A stretch of DNA of 64,000 nucleotides from a virus. The translations under genes and the position numbers were made by a program. The stretch is taken from IMG/VR virus record IMGVR_UViG_3300047678_000431, positions 1 to 64,000 of that record; one strand, written 5' to 3'. Under the pieces are notes generated by a model. The model did no database searches and had not been told where the DNA came from. It was given only the letters and a program-made list of their open reading frames with translations. Shown here piece after piece: positions 7,187 through 17,300 of this stretch (position 1 is the stretch's first letter; each line of letters opens with the position of its first letter).

Positions 7187-10100
7187 ATGCCGATCATCAT
7201 GCTTCCCGGATTAGATTACACCGGGTTTATTTCCGCGAACGCAAGTTCTATCATTGCAAGCACGCAAACGAAAACGCTCAATGCGGCGGCAATTCTTGCC
7301 AAGACGATGACGCAAAATATCGGCGCCGGTATGGACATCGTGCGCACGACGAACACGCTCATCGGCGCTGCAATGGTCGTTCGCGCGACAACCTCGCAAA
7401 CGATCACGGCCGCTGCACATATCGCGATTACGGCCACGCAATCAATGGGCGCCGGAATGCGCATCGTCCGAACGACGACGACGACGATTCCCGCCGCGAT
7501 GACCATTGCGGCAACGGCAACGCGCACGATCGGTGCGGGGATGTCGGTTTCGCAAAAGTTGACGACGACCATCGCGGCCGCATCGGTCATTTCGATCACG
7601 ACGAGCGCGTCGATCGGTGCGGCGGCGCATATCGCCGCGACGGCACATGCGAACATTGCCGCCGCGATGGTGATCCTCGGCCAGGGTAACGCTACGATCA
7701 CCGCCGGAATGAAAGTCTCACCGGCGATCACCGCGACGATTGTCATCAACGCCGCAAGCCGGATCGCTGCGAAGGGGTCGACCGCGATCAATGCGGCCGC
7801 GAGAATTTCCGTCACGCAACCGATGTCCATCGGTGCTGCAATGCTGATCAAGGGAACCGGAACGGCGACCATAGGCGCGGGCCTCGCAGTCGCGGCAAAG
7901 GCCACAACCTCGATCAACGCGGCCGCGAATATCATGGGCGCAATCACGACCACGAAGTCGATCAGCGCCGCGATGATTATCGCCGCGAGCGCAAGCGCGA
8001 ATCATATGGGTGCGGCCGCTCTTATCTCGGCGAAGGTCACACAGGCGGCCGGTGCCGGTGCGATGATCGCATCCACCGCAAAAACCTCGATCGGTGCGGC
8101 CGCCGTCGTCGTCGCAAATTTCCACCAAGGAATCGGCGCGGCGATGATCGTTAAACCGGTCACCCTTGCAACGGCATCAATGAACGCCGGAATGCTCGTG
8201 ATCGCCACGGCGACCCGGTCGATCGGTGCGGGGGCGCGCATCAAGGCAAAGGTTACCTCGACCATCGGTGCCGCCTCGACCCTTTCGGCTACCGGATCAA
8301 CGTCGGCCGGTGCGTCCGCGATCGTTCTTGCGACGACCTCGCGGACCCTGAGTGCAAATCTCATCATCATCACGAGCACGCTTGCAACGGTGAACGCGGC
8401 GGCGACGGTGGCGGCGAAATTCTCGCAAACCGCGTCGGCGGCGGCAATCATCTCGGCCACCGGCACAATGCAATCGTCGGCGGCGGCGGTGATCGTGCAA
8501 TCGACTACCCTTTCGGCCGGTGCGGCGATGGCCGTGTCGGCGCAATCCTCGCAAAGTATCGGCGCGGGGATGATCATAGCGGCGACGTCGACCGCCTCGA
8601 TCGGTGCGGGGGCGCTCGTCTCCATTACGACGACGGCCTCGGCGGGTGCGGCCGCGATCGTTCAATCAACCGCGTCAACGACCATCGAAGCGGCGTCGCA
8701 AATTTCAAACACCGTTACGGTGAGCATGTGGGCCGGTAGCCGCATTCAAAAGACGGAAACGCTCGCGATGACGGCCGCAATGATCATTCAATCGACCGTG
8801 ACGCCTTCGATCGGTGCGGCGGCGGTGATTGCGACGACCGTCAATGCGACCACCGGTGCCGCGATGGCCGTGCAAGCGCAATCAATGCGAACCCTCAATG
8901 CCGGGGGGATTATCTCGCAACAAATCACCTCATCCCTTGGCGCAAACCTGATCGTTCTCGGAATCGGGAAACAGTCGGCGGGTGCCGGTGCGATTGTCCT
9001 CGGGAACGGCGTTGCGACGGCGCGAGCGGGTGCAGTGATCGCGGCGATCGGTTCGACCTCGATCGGTGCGGGCATGTTGATCGTCGGCAAGGGCCTCGCA
9101 ACGATCGGGGCCGCGTCGCGGATCGTGACATCGGGGCACATGGCCCTTCACGCCGCCGCCGTAATCGCCGTAACGGGGGTAAAATCGGCCTCTGCGGCCG
9201 CTGCGATCTCAAACCGGCTTATGATGTCGATCGGCGCCGGAATGACCGTCAGAGGCAAATTGAAGACCTCGATCGGTGCGGCGATGACGGTGCAAGAGCC
9301 CGCACGCATGTCCCTCTCGGCGCAAATGGCCGTGCGCGGTATCGGTCGGACCTCGATCGGTGCGGGAATGGTCATTCGTCCCTTTGGGACGACGGTCGCG
9401 ATGATCGGTGCGGCGATGGCCGTCGCATCCGAGACGACGACCTCGATCGGCGCGCATGCCTACATCATGCAAATCGCATCGAAAACGATCGGTGCCGGTA
9501 TGCATATCGTGAAGGGTGGAAACATCGTCACGATTCTGGCCGAGATGTATATCTCGATCAAAGTGCAGCAAAGTATCGCCGCCGGTATGCGCATCGTTGC
9601 AACCGGCACGACCTCGATCGGTGCCGCATCTCGCATCGTTGCAACCGGCACGACCTCGATCGGTGCCGGTGCGAACATTGCCATGATGGCGACCCGGTCA
9701 ATCGGTGCGGCCTCCTATATCGTCACGCATCACACGCAAGGCATCGGCGCGGCCGCAAGGATTACCGCGCGAGGTTCGACCTCGATCGGTGCGGGCATGC
9801 GCATCGTGCGCAATGTCTCGATGTATCTCTATGCGGCTTCGGCGATCTCGGTCACCGCGACAAAGAGTCTCGGGGCGGCGATGAAGATCGTCGATCGCGA
9901 GCGTCTCACACTTGGGGCCGCGTCCTACATCACGCAATCCACGAGCGCGTCGATCGGTGCAGCCGCGATGATCGAGCAAATCGTGCAAGAGACGATCTCG
10001 GCCGGAATGTGGATCGTGCAACCGGGTTCCGCCTCGATCAACGCGGCGATGATGATCCTCGGCGTCACACATGCATTCATGCAAGCTCGCGCGATCATTA

Positions 10101-10357
10101 TCGCACGCGCGACCATGAACCTCAGTGCGAATGCGCAGATTTCGCAAACCGAAGAGATCTCCATCGGTGCGTCATCCGCGATCTCGATTACGACCGAGGC
10201 GACCATCGGTGCGGCGGCACTCATTGCGATCGTTGATCGTGTGAGTATCGGTGCGGCGATGCGTATCGGTCGCGGCAATCCGCAACACAAGGCAACGCGC
10301 CGCATTCTTTCTGTCACCATTCAACGCGACATCGAAGGCCGCACCTACTGGGTCTGA
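7187..10357 (+). CDS. 1056-aa protein made almost entirely of 14-aa repeats (TxTxSIGA[A/G]MxIxx)
   Basis: About 70 tandem 14-residue units; near-perfect 42-bp DNA duplication near 9590-9670; GAGG RBS; no signal peptide. Confidence 0.8.
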   Translation: MPIIMLPGLDYTGFISANASSIIASTQTKTLNAAAILAKTMTQNIGAGMDIVRTTNTLIGAAMVVRATTSQTITAAAHIAITATQSMGAGMRIVRTTTTTIPAAMTIAATATRTIGAGMSVSQKLTTTIAAASVISITTSASIGAAAHIAATAHANIAAAMVILGQGNATITAGMKVSPAITATIVINAASRIAAKGSTAINAAARISVTQPMSIGAAMLIKGTGTATIGAGLAVAAKATTSINAAANIMGAITTTKSISAAMIIAASASANHMGAAALISAKVTQAAGAGAMIASTAKTSIGAAAVVVANFHQGIGAAMIVKPVTLATASMNAGMLVIATATRSIGAGARIKAKVTSTIGAASTLSATGSTSAGASAIVLATTSRTLSANLIIITSTLATVNAAATVAAKFSQTASAAAIISATGTMQSSAAAVIVQSTTLSAGAAMAVSAQSSQSIGAGMIIAATSTASIGAGALVSITTTASAGAAAIVQSTASTTIEAASQISNTVTVSMWAGSRIQKTETLAMTAAMIIQSTVTPSIGAAAVIATTVNATTGAAMAVQAQSMRTLNAGGIISQQITSSLGANLIVLGIGKQSAGAGAIVLGNGVATARAGAVIAAIGSTSIGAGMLIVGKGLATIGAASRIVTSGHMALHAAAVIAVTGVKSASAAAAISNRLMMSIGAGMTVRGKLKTSIGAAMTVQEPARMSLSAQMAVRGIGRTSIGAGMVIRPFGTTVAMIGAAMAVASETTTSIGAHAYIMQIASKTIGAGMHIVKGGNIVTILAEMYISIKVQQSIAAGMRIVATGTTSIGAASRIVATGTTSIGAGANIAMMATRSIGAASYIVTHHTQGIGAAARITARGSTSIGAGMRIVRNVSMYLYAASAISVTATKSLGAAMKIVDRERLTLGAASYITQSTSASIGAAAMIEQIVQETISAGMWIVQPGSASINAAMMILGVTHAFMQARAIIIARATMNLSANAQISQTEEISIGASSAISITTEATIGAAALIAIVDRVSIGAAMRIGRGNPQHKATRRILSVTIQRDIEGRTYWV

Positions 10358-10381
10358 TTTCCTCGGAAAAGGGGTTTCGAA

Positions 10382-13243
10382 ATGCCTACCACTGCAACCG
10401 CAACAATCGCAGCCGCCGCGCAAATCGGATTCAATAACAACGGCCAATATCGCGCGGCCCTTCTCGCTGATCATCCGGTCCGCTTGTACGAACTTAATGA
10501 CGTCGGCGGACCGGCGCGCGATACATCCGGCAACAACGGTCCCTCGGGAACGTATGGTTCATCGGTCACGCAAGCGCCGAGCATTTGCCCGAGTGATTAC
10601 GGCGGTTTCAGCGCACGTATGCCGCTTGCCGCGAATACCTCATATGATGCGAATGCGATCGTTGAGTTTCCCGACGATCCGGCGATCAATTTCAACGGGA
10701 CATCGTTTTCCGTCGAGTTTATTTATTCATGGCCTTATACCGGAGCGGGTTCGCCCAATTTTGGCGGGCAAAATTGCTATTTTGTGAACTTGCAGGACGA
10801 AACCGGACTCATGGTCGGTCATCCTCCTGGTAATTCAAAAAATATCGTCAATGTGAACGGCGTGCAAGTCGCTTCGGGTATTCAAGATCTCTTTGCATAT
10901 GATCAACCGGTTCATCACGTGTTTACATATGATGCCGTCGCGCAAATGCTTTATATCTATGTCGACGGATACTTGATCGAATCCGTACCCGCTGCGCCGG
11001 GGACATTCAACTCCGGGACCGGTTTACGCATCGGTCAACGCGGCACGGGTTCGCAACCGACGCAAAACTCCGACTTTCAATACGTCTCGATCTTTAATTA
11101 CGTGTTAACACAATCGCAGGTGACAAATCACGCAAACGCCGCCGGGATCAATAATTATAGTTATACCGGCGGCGGAAGTGTTCTTCGTTCTGCCGGTGCA
11201 TCCGCAAAGATCGGCACGAACCAAGATGAAAACTATCAGCGCGCCGTCATTGCCGATCACCCTCTTCGGTATTATCGCTTAAACGATACGAATTCGACCG
11301 CACTTGACACATCGGGCAACAATGGCCCCTCGGGAACGTGGGGAACTTCAGTTCTGCATGGCGGGAGTATTGTCGCCTCGGATTATGTCGACGGTTCGGC
11401 GCAATTCCCGTCCTCCGGCAATACCTCGCCCGATCCGAATTCGATCATCACGTTCCCGGAAGATCCGCCTATTCAATTCAACGGGACATCGTTTTCCATT
11501 GAATATTTTTACACGTGGAACGCCGATAATTCGAATTTCAGCGGACAAGAATGTTCCTATATTAACCTCGAAGACAATACTGGCGTTCGCGTCGCATTTC
11601 CGCCGAGTCAATCGCTACAAACGAAGGTATATTTCAACGGTGCGGTCGCATTGACGACCGGGCGCGGCGCATATATCGGCGTGCCGAATCATTGCGTCAT
11701 CACGTATAATGCGTCGACCTCTTTACTGAGTTATTATCAAAACGGATTACTGCAATCGACGGCAACCGTCAACGGCGCGACGTTTAACTCCGGGATCGGA
11801 TTGCGATTAGGTCAACGCGGTACCGGGACGCTGCCCGCGCTCAATGGCGACCTTTCCGACGTCGCGATCTATGGATCGGCCCTCTCTGCGACGCAAGTGC
11901 AGAACCATGCAAACGCCGCTGGCGTCAATAGTTACCCCGGCGGCACGGTCACGCGATATGTCGGCGCCGCGATGGCGATTGCGACGCATTCTTTAGGAAC
12001 AACCTCGATCAATGCCGCGATGATGATCAATGTGTCGGGAAATGCGACTATCAACGCCGCCGCGCACATCGTCAGTAAAGGCATGACATCAATCGGCGCC
12101 GCTTCTCGCATTTCGGTTCCCGCTGCGACGAAAACCATCGGTGCGGCAATGGCCGTCGCGATCAAATCGAGCGCGTCGATTCTTGGTGAGATGATTGTCT
12201 CGGCGAAGATCACGCAATCAATGGGCGCGGCAATGCGCGTCACGAAAACGGTGCAGCCGACAATCGGTGCGGCGATGGCCGTGCAACAATCGACGTCGCA
12301 GTCGATGCGCGCGAATATGGTCGTGCGCATGCCCTCGAGTATGACAATCGGTGCGGCAATGCATGTTGCGGCCTTGCCGATGACCACCCATATCGGTGCG
12401 GCGATGGCGATTGTCGATGTCGGGTACGCGCAAATCGGTGCGGGTATGCGGGTACTCGGGGTCGTGAAGAAAACGATCGGCGCGGCGATGCGAATCTCCG
12501 TGGGGAATACCCTCTCGATGAATGCCGGTGCCTACGTCGTGACGGCGGTCCAGCAAAGTATCGGCGCTGGTATGTGCGTGAAGGCGAACTTCCATGTCTT
12601 CATCGGGGCCGCAAGTCGCATCGTGAACTCGAACACGAAGTCGATCGGTGCGGCGATGTTGATCGGGGTGCCGGGCACGCTCGGTATCATCGCAGAAATG
12701 CACGTCTCGAAGGTTGCGAAGGTGTCGATCGGCGCGGCGATGTTCATATATGGGACCGTTCGTCAAACGATCGGTGCCGGAATGTCGATCATCGCAACGA
12801 CGCAAAAGTCGATCGGTGCGCGTGCAAGCGTCGTGAACGTCGCAACACAAACGATCGGTGCGGCGATGAACGTCATTCCGACGAACTACGTGCAAGGCGG
12901 CGCCGGGATGATCGTTGCACAAACGGTGCAGCAGTCAATCGGCGCGGGCATGATGACCTTTCAAATCGAGAACACGTTCCGCGTTCTCCCGGCAAACATG
13001 CGCATCATCGCAAACGGCACGATCTCGATCGGTGCCGGTATGATGATCGCCTTCGAAACCGGGGTCATGTCCATCGGTGCCGGGATGATGATCTTTGCAC
13101 CGTTCGTTCCGAACCTCGCGGCGAATATGTACGTCGTGAATATCGGTTCGATGTCGATCGCGGCGGGCATGCGGATCGGCCGTGTGACAACGAGTTTCGT
13201 GAATCGCGAACTCTACGCCGAGCCCTATTACGGTCAAGACTAA
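10382..13243 (+). CDS. two LamG/concanavalin-A-like domains plus about 30 of the same 14-aa repeats
   Basis: Duplicated YxxAxxADHPxRxYxLND...DTSGNN...HxVxTY...YxxG...vaIy...L...QVxNH; SIGAAM repeats in the C-terminal half. Confidence 0.8.
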   Translation: MPTTATATIAAAAQIGFNNNGQYRAALLADHPVRLYELNDVGGPARDTSGNNGPSGTYGSSVTQAPSICPSDYGGFSARMPLAANTSYDANAIVEFPDDPAINFNGTSFSVEFIYSWPYTGAGSPNFGGQNCYFVNLQDETGLMVGHPPGNSKNIVNVNGVQVASGIQDLFAYDQPVHHVFTYDAVAQMLYIYVDGYLIESVPAAPGTFNSGTGLRIGQRGTGSQPTQNSDFQYVSIFNYVLTQSQVTNHANAAGINNYSYTGGGSVLRSAGASAKIGTNQDENYQRAVIADHPLRYYRLNDTNSTALDTSGNNGPSGTWGTSVLHGGSIVASDYVDGSAQFPSSGNTSPDPNSIITFPEDPPIQFNGTSFSIEYFYTWNADNSNFSGQECSYINLEDNTGVRVAFPPSQSLQTKVYFNGAVALTTGRGAYIGVPNHCVITYNASTSLLSYYQNGLLQSTATVNGATFNSGIGLRLGQRGTGTLPALNGDLSDVAIYGSALSATQVQNHANAAGVNSYPGGTVTRYVGAAMAIATHSLGTTSINAAMMINVSGNATINAAAHIVSKGMTSIGAASRISVPAATKTIGAAMAVAIKSSASILGEMIVSAKITQSMGAAMRVTKTVQPTIGAAMAVQQSTSQSMRANMVVRMPSSMTIGAAMHVAALPMTTHIGAAMAIVDVGYAQIGAGMRVLGVVKKTIGAAMRISVGNTLSMNAGAYVVTAVQQSIGAGMCVKANFHVFIGAASRIVNSNTKSIGAAMLIGVPGTLGIIAEMHVSKVAKVSIGAAMFIYGTVRQTIGAGMSIIATTQKSIGARASVVNVATQTIGAAMNVIPTNYVQGGAGMIVAQTVQQSIGAGMMTFQIENTFRVLPANMRIIANGTISIGAGMMIAFETGVMSIGAGMMIFAPFVPNLAANMYVVNIGSMSIAAGMRIGRVTTSFVNRELYAEPYYGQD

Positions 13244-13261
13244 CCGAACAATCAAGTAAAC

Positions 13262-13290
13262 AAGGGGGCCGGGCAACCGGCTCCCTTTCT
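13262..13290 (+). terminator. GCAA-tetraloop hairpin, identical to 45871-45897
   Basis: AAGGGGGCCGG-GCAA-CCGGCTCCCTTT. Confidence 0.7.
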
Positions 13291-13304
13291 CTTGGAGTGA
13301 TCCC

Positions 13305-13733
13305 ATGCCGAAGAAGAAGACCGGGGCACATATTGTGATTCCGAAAGACTCATTCGAAAACGCCGATCCGCTCGGTGAGGCATACGGCGGCGACGGCACG
13401 GGAAAAGGCGCATATCGCATGCCGACCGGCAATTCATGGTCGACGTATGACATGTTCGTCGGAGGTTGCTCGGTCCTTGAGCTTGCGGCGCAAGATCCCG
13501 ACGGCGAGGCCGTCATCCTTGCCGAAATTGAGCTTATGCGTGAGGAGATGCGCCGCAGGCATCCCGGCCTTACGGATTATGAATGCGATGAAATGCGCCT
13601 TTGCGATCTCGTGAAGAAGGCCGGGCTCATCGACGGGTCGGCGCCCGGCCTCAAACTCGTCTCAGATATTTCGTTGCGATGCCGATCGTTACATCTGACG
13701 GGCGCGCAACGCGTCGCATTTCAGAAGAGGTAA
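13305..13733 (+). CDS. hypothetical protein
   Basis: GGAG RBS; ORF in an operon-like run. Confidence 0.6.
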   Translation: MPKKKTGAHIVIPKDSFENADPLGEAYGGDGTGKGAYRMPTGNSWSTYDMFVGGCSVLELAAQDPDGEAVILAEIELMREEMRRRHPGLTDYECDEMRLCDLVKKAGLIDGSAPGLKLVSDISLRCRSLHLTGAQRVAFQKR

Positions 13734-13736
13734 CCG

Positions 13737-14213
13737 ATGAAGAATCGCGCTCACGCGAGTTCACTATCGCAAATCGAAACAGCTATTGTTCCTGAAAATG
13801 CCCTCGCCGGTTCACGTGTTGCGTTGCTCGTCAATGAACGCCCTGTCTCGCTCCTTTCATCGGATGTCACGTCCGAATATAACGCCGACGGCCTTGAGAT
13901 TCTCACGATCGTCATGAAGACCACGCGCGAAGCCATTGACACGCCGGACGTGAACGCTGCGGTTTCTCTCGCGTGGAAAGGGTTTGCCCAAGGCGAGAGC
14001 GTCGCAATCCGATTCCCCGGCGGTTCGCGTTGCGGACTTGCTCGTATTGAATGGCTCTTTCTTGGCGATCTTTCGATTCCCGGACACGCGCAGTTTGAGG
14101 TGACCGCGCTTGTCGATATTCGTGATTCCCGAAAACCGGGTCTTCCGGTGATATACGAAAAAGGCGAGAAGTTTTTTATCGACACCGTATGGTGCGAGAA
14201 AGTTTTGCAGTAA
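13737..14213 (+). CDS. hypothetical protein
   Basis: GAGG RBS; tight spacing. Confidence 0.6.
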   Translation: MKNRAHASSLSQIETAIVPENALAGSRVALLVNERPVSLLSSDVTSEYNADGLEILTIVMKTTREAIDTPDVNAAVSLAWKGFAQGESVAIRFPGGSRCGLARIEWLFLGDLSIPGHAQFEVTALVDIRDSRKPGLPVIYEKGEKFFIDTVWCEKVLQ

Positions 14214-14217
14214 CACT

Positions 14218-14628
14218 ATGAGCGCACCCGTAGAAGAACTCGACGACACATCGACCGATTCCGAAACCGTCAAGGACGCCGCGTTTCCTCACGAACATAG
14301 CGGCATAAACCTTGACCCGACGCACGAGTACGCGATGCTCGCTAATCAGCACGGTCAGCAGGTGCAAATTCACTTCGACCGCGACGATATGATCACCGCA
14401 ATCCGTCAGCGTATCGAAGAAGGCCCGGGCTCACTCCTTGCCTTGCGCAATGTCGACACCGGCGATCAGTTTCATTTCTTTTCCGACATTACGCTCGCGC
14501 AAACGTACTCAAAAGCACGTCATGATGAGATGCTCGCCGAGGCGAAGGCCGCGCAGGATAAGGCGCGAGAAGAAGCAGCGGCCGCAAACCGTCGCGTCAT
14601 CGTACCGAATCAACGTCACCGCAACTGA
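14218..14628 (+). CDS. hypothetical protein
   Basis: Tight spacing; TGATG coupling to the next gene. Confidence 0.65.
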   Translation: MSAPVEELDDTSTDSETVKDAAFPHEHSGINLDPTHEYAMLANQHGQQVQIHFDRDDMITAIRQRIEEGPGSLLALRNVDTGDQFHFFSDITLAQTYSKARHDEMLAEAKAAQDKAREEAAAANRRVIVPNQRHRN

Positions 14629-14834
14629 TGAACTACATGCTCGAGCATGGGATGCGCGCCGTCTTTTGCGGCATTGCCATGACTTGTTTTGTTGCGTCGG
14701 GCCTGCTCTCGTTTCGCCTTTTGTGCATTGAGTCTCGCCGTGGGTATCTCGACGGCGATAATCGGCTCGTCTATGCATATTATGCGCTGATTGCCGGATT
14801 CGGAACGTTCTTCGCTTTCCTCGCTTTCCCCTAA
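14628..14834 (+). CDS. small membrane protein (2 TM)
   Basis: Two hydrophobic segments. Confidence 0.6.
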   Translation: MNYMLEHGMRAVFCGIAMTCFVASGLLSFRLLCIESRRGYLDGDNRLVYAYYALIAGFGTFFAFLAFP

Positions 14835-14844
14835 GAGGTAGCTC

Positions 14845-16743
14845 GTGAAAAGATTGCTTTCATGCGTTCTTGCGTGCGTGTATGCGTGCGTTCTTGCGTC
14901 TTGTGATAACACGCCGACTCCGCAACCGATCGTCGTAAGCCCGACGCCCGTCGTCTCGGCCGCCCCGATCCCGACGCAAGTACCGACGGCCACGCCGACG
15001 CAACCGCCGACGCAACCGCCGACGCCCGTTCCGACAATCGCGCCGACTCCGATTCCGACGGTTGCGCCGACCATTGCGCCGACGCCCATTCCGACGATTG
15101 CGCCAACCATTGCGCCGACCATCGCCCCGACGCCGGTGCCGACAATCGCGCCGACGCAGAGTACTACCCTCGCGCCGACCCCGGTTCCCACCGTGGCGCC
15201 TACCGTGCGCCCGACGCCGATCCCGACGGTTGCCCCGACGCCGGTGCCGACTGTTCGACCGACGCCGATTCCGACGGTTGCCCCGACGGTTGCGCCGACA
15301 CCGATCACGATCATCATCTCGCAGGGAACACCGACGCCGTCCCCTATGTCTGCCCCTACTGGAACGCCGACCTCTGTTCCGACTACCTCGCCGATCGTAG
15401 GGGCGGCACCGGCACACTGGGCGAGTTTGTACGGGGAATTCGATTGCACGACGGCCGCGAATTACACGCCCGCGCAGTGGGCCGTTCTCGGGCAATATAT
15501 CAATATCAGCGACCGCGTTTGCGCGCCTGAGATTGCGAGTGCCGAAGCCGTCGGCGTGACATCGGGCACCTACACCGATCCGACGCTGCCGTGTACCGCG
15601 ACGTCGACGACGTCATGTTATAGCTTCAATGAGGCGTCGAACTATTCGTCCGCATCATGGGCGCGGACGTGTGGCGGCGCGCAAATCTACCTCGGCGACC
15701 CAAGTGACGGGCACAATACCCGCACGAACCCCGGCGCGCGGTCGCTCGTGACGGATTTTCAAAACTACGCCGTTTTGCCATTTAAGCAAGCGGGCGGCCA
15801 GTTTATCCTCGCCGATAATTTATACAAACCGACGGCCGACGGGGAATACACCGGCAGGCCCGGGGGAACGCCGGTGAGCGGTTCGGCGGCTTGGTGTAAT
15901 TACACCGATGCAACGTGGATCGCGAATTATACGACGTTCTTTTCAGCCCTTTCGCTGCCGGTCATGTATAACGGCGACACCGAGCCCGATCTCGCGGCGA
16001 TCACGGCGTCGCCGCAAGTCAAATGGGGGATGTGCGAAGACTGTCTCTCATTCGGATTCAACGAATCGGCGGACCCCGGTCGCCTCAAAGAGCGCCCGCC
16101 GTTCTGGCAAAACGAACTCGGCGCGGGTTTGGTGACGATGGGAAACGGAAAATCCTGGTTCGTTTTCACGCACGGATACAACGAACCAAAAAACAACGAC
16201 GTTCAGAACTATGTCCTTGCGTCATTATTATTGATTTATGAGGACGGAAAAACCGGGTGGATGATGGACGGTGACACGAAGAGCGGCATCAATACGCCGG
16301 TCGGGGTGTACTTCGTTCCGACGCAACCTCTTGTCGCATCAAATGCGATCACCTCGATCGAATCGCTTAACGTCGGGGGCGCGTATGTGCGCGAGTATGC
16401 CGCGTGTTATCTTTACGGCAAAAGCGTGGGCGCATGCGCGGCCGTCGTCAACCCGAACCCCTCGGGATCGGTGCCGATGCCGAAGCTCTCTCGCGCGTAT
16501 GCCGGGTCGGTTTCGATTGATAATTGGTGCGGCACGGCCTCGGCGCCGTCAAACCTTGGGGGTTCGTATTGCTATAAGGGCGCGACGACGCAATGGGGCG
16601 ACACGGGGAGCGTCTCGATCGTTCCGGCCGTCGTTCCGGCCGTTATTCCACCGGCCGAAGCGTACATCTTCACACAGAACGCAAAATCCGGCGGGTCGCG
16701 CCGTCACCATACACGGCGGCGACTGATTCAAGGGCATTCCTAA
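14845..16743 (+). CDS. predicted lipoprotein: Pro/Thr linker plus putative glycoside-hydrolase-like domain
   Basis: Lipobox LAS-C; about 165 aa PT repeat; aromatic/Cys-rich catalytic-size domain (FILADN, WGMCED, YVREYAAC). Confidence 0.65.
   Translation: MKRLLSCVLACVYACVLASCDNTPTPQPIVVSPTPVVSAAPIPTQVPTATPTQPPTQPPTPVPTIAPTPIPTVAPTIAPTPIPTIAPTIAPTIAPTPVPTIAPTQSTTLAPTPVPTVAPTVRPTPIPTVAPTPVPTVRPTPIPTVAPTVAPTPITIIISQGTPTPSPMSAPTGTPTSVPTTSPIVGAAPAHWASLYGEFDCTTAANYTPAQWAVLGQYINISDRVCAPEIASAEAVGVTSGTYTDPTLPCTATSTTSCYSFNEASNYSSASWARTCGGAQIYLGDPSDGHNTRTNPGARSLVTDFQNYAVLPFKQAGGQFILADNLYKPTADGEYTGRPGGTPVSGSAAWCNYTDATWIANYTTFFSALSLPVMYNGDTEPDLAAITASPQVKWGMCEDCLSFGFNESADPGRLKERPPFWQNELGAGLVTMGNGKSWFVFTHGYNEPKNNDVQNYVLASLLLIYEDGKTGWMMDGDTKSGINTPVGVYFVPTQPLVASNAITSIESLNVGGAYVREYAACYLYGKSVGACAAVVNPNPSGSVPMPKLSRAYAGSVSIDNWCGTASAPSNLGGSYCYKGATTQWGDTGSVSIVPAVVPAVIPPAEAYIFTQNAKSGGSRRHHTRRRLIQGHS
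14855..14898 (+). repeat. tetramer array B, 11 units
   Basis: tgct ttca tgcg ttct tgcg tgcg tgta tgcg tgcg ttct tgcg, encoding the signal-peptide core CVLACVYACVLA. Confidence 0.9.
14911..15400 (+). repeat. coding Pro/Thr repeat (CCGACG-rich)
   Basis: PTxxPT repeats in the lipoprotein linker. Confidence 0.85.
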
Positions 16744-16838
16744 AACAATCGAACAATAAAGATCAAAGGTCAGAGGAAATCTCTCGACCTGCCTGTGAAC
16801 ACGCCGACCGGGTGCATCTGTCGCGGCGTGTTCACAGG

Positions 16839-17276
16839 TTACTTCGTAGTCTTTACCCCGAATTTCAATCGCGGTTCGCGGGGTTTTGCTGTGATGTTTG
16901 CAAGGATCTCCGGCAGGCGGCCGCCGTATTCTTTGGCGATTTTCGCCATCGAGGGGTATTTTGTCGCATATGTGATCGTCTGCGAGGGGTGAATCTGTCG
17001 AATCGCCGTTTGTCGGAGATCGCTCGGAACGCTCAAGTGTAGGCATTCGCGATAGAACGCTTCATACACGTCGTTTGGCGCTTCGTAATCGGTCTTTATG
17101 TCGAGTTCGATTTTATAGGCATCATTCGCGCGCTTCTTCGCATTACTTTCGACCATGCGGCGAATAAGTTCACGCTCGATTGTCGCGATGTCATCATTCA
17201 TTTCGTCGCGTGTCGAGCGCAGATAGTTTAACCGATCGCCGAGCGCGGTATCGGTGAGCGTCTTCAGATCTTCCAT
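16839..17276 (-). CDS. coiled-coil hypothetical phage protein
   Basis: GAGG RBS; N-terminal coiled coil; loosely Gp157/Gam-like organisation. Confidence 0.6.
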   Translation of the reverse strand: MEDLKTLTDTALGDRLNYLRSTRDEMNDDIATIERELIRRMVESNAKKRANDAYKIELDIKTDYEAPNDVYEAFYRECLHLSVPSDLRQTAIRQIHPSQTITYATKYPSMAKIAKEYGGRLPEILANITAKPREPRLKFGVKTTK

Positions 17277-17300
17277 ACCTCAAAGATCGGACGCGTCGCC

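Noticed and set aside
10382-11940. Duplicated LamG segments as a DGR template/variable repeat pair
   Set aside because: Both copies are in-frame domains of one ORF, differences are not adenine-specific, and no reverse transcriptase is in the window.
7211-13170. Many long antisense and alternate-frame ORFs over the repeat genes (also 14616-15495)
   Set aside because: Shadow ORFs caused by repetitive GC-rich codon usage; no RBS or independent motifs.
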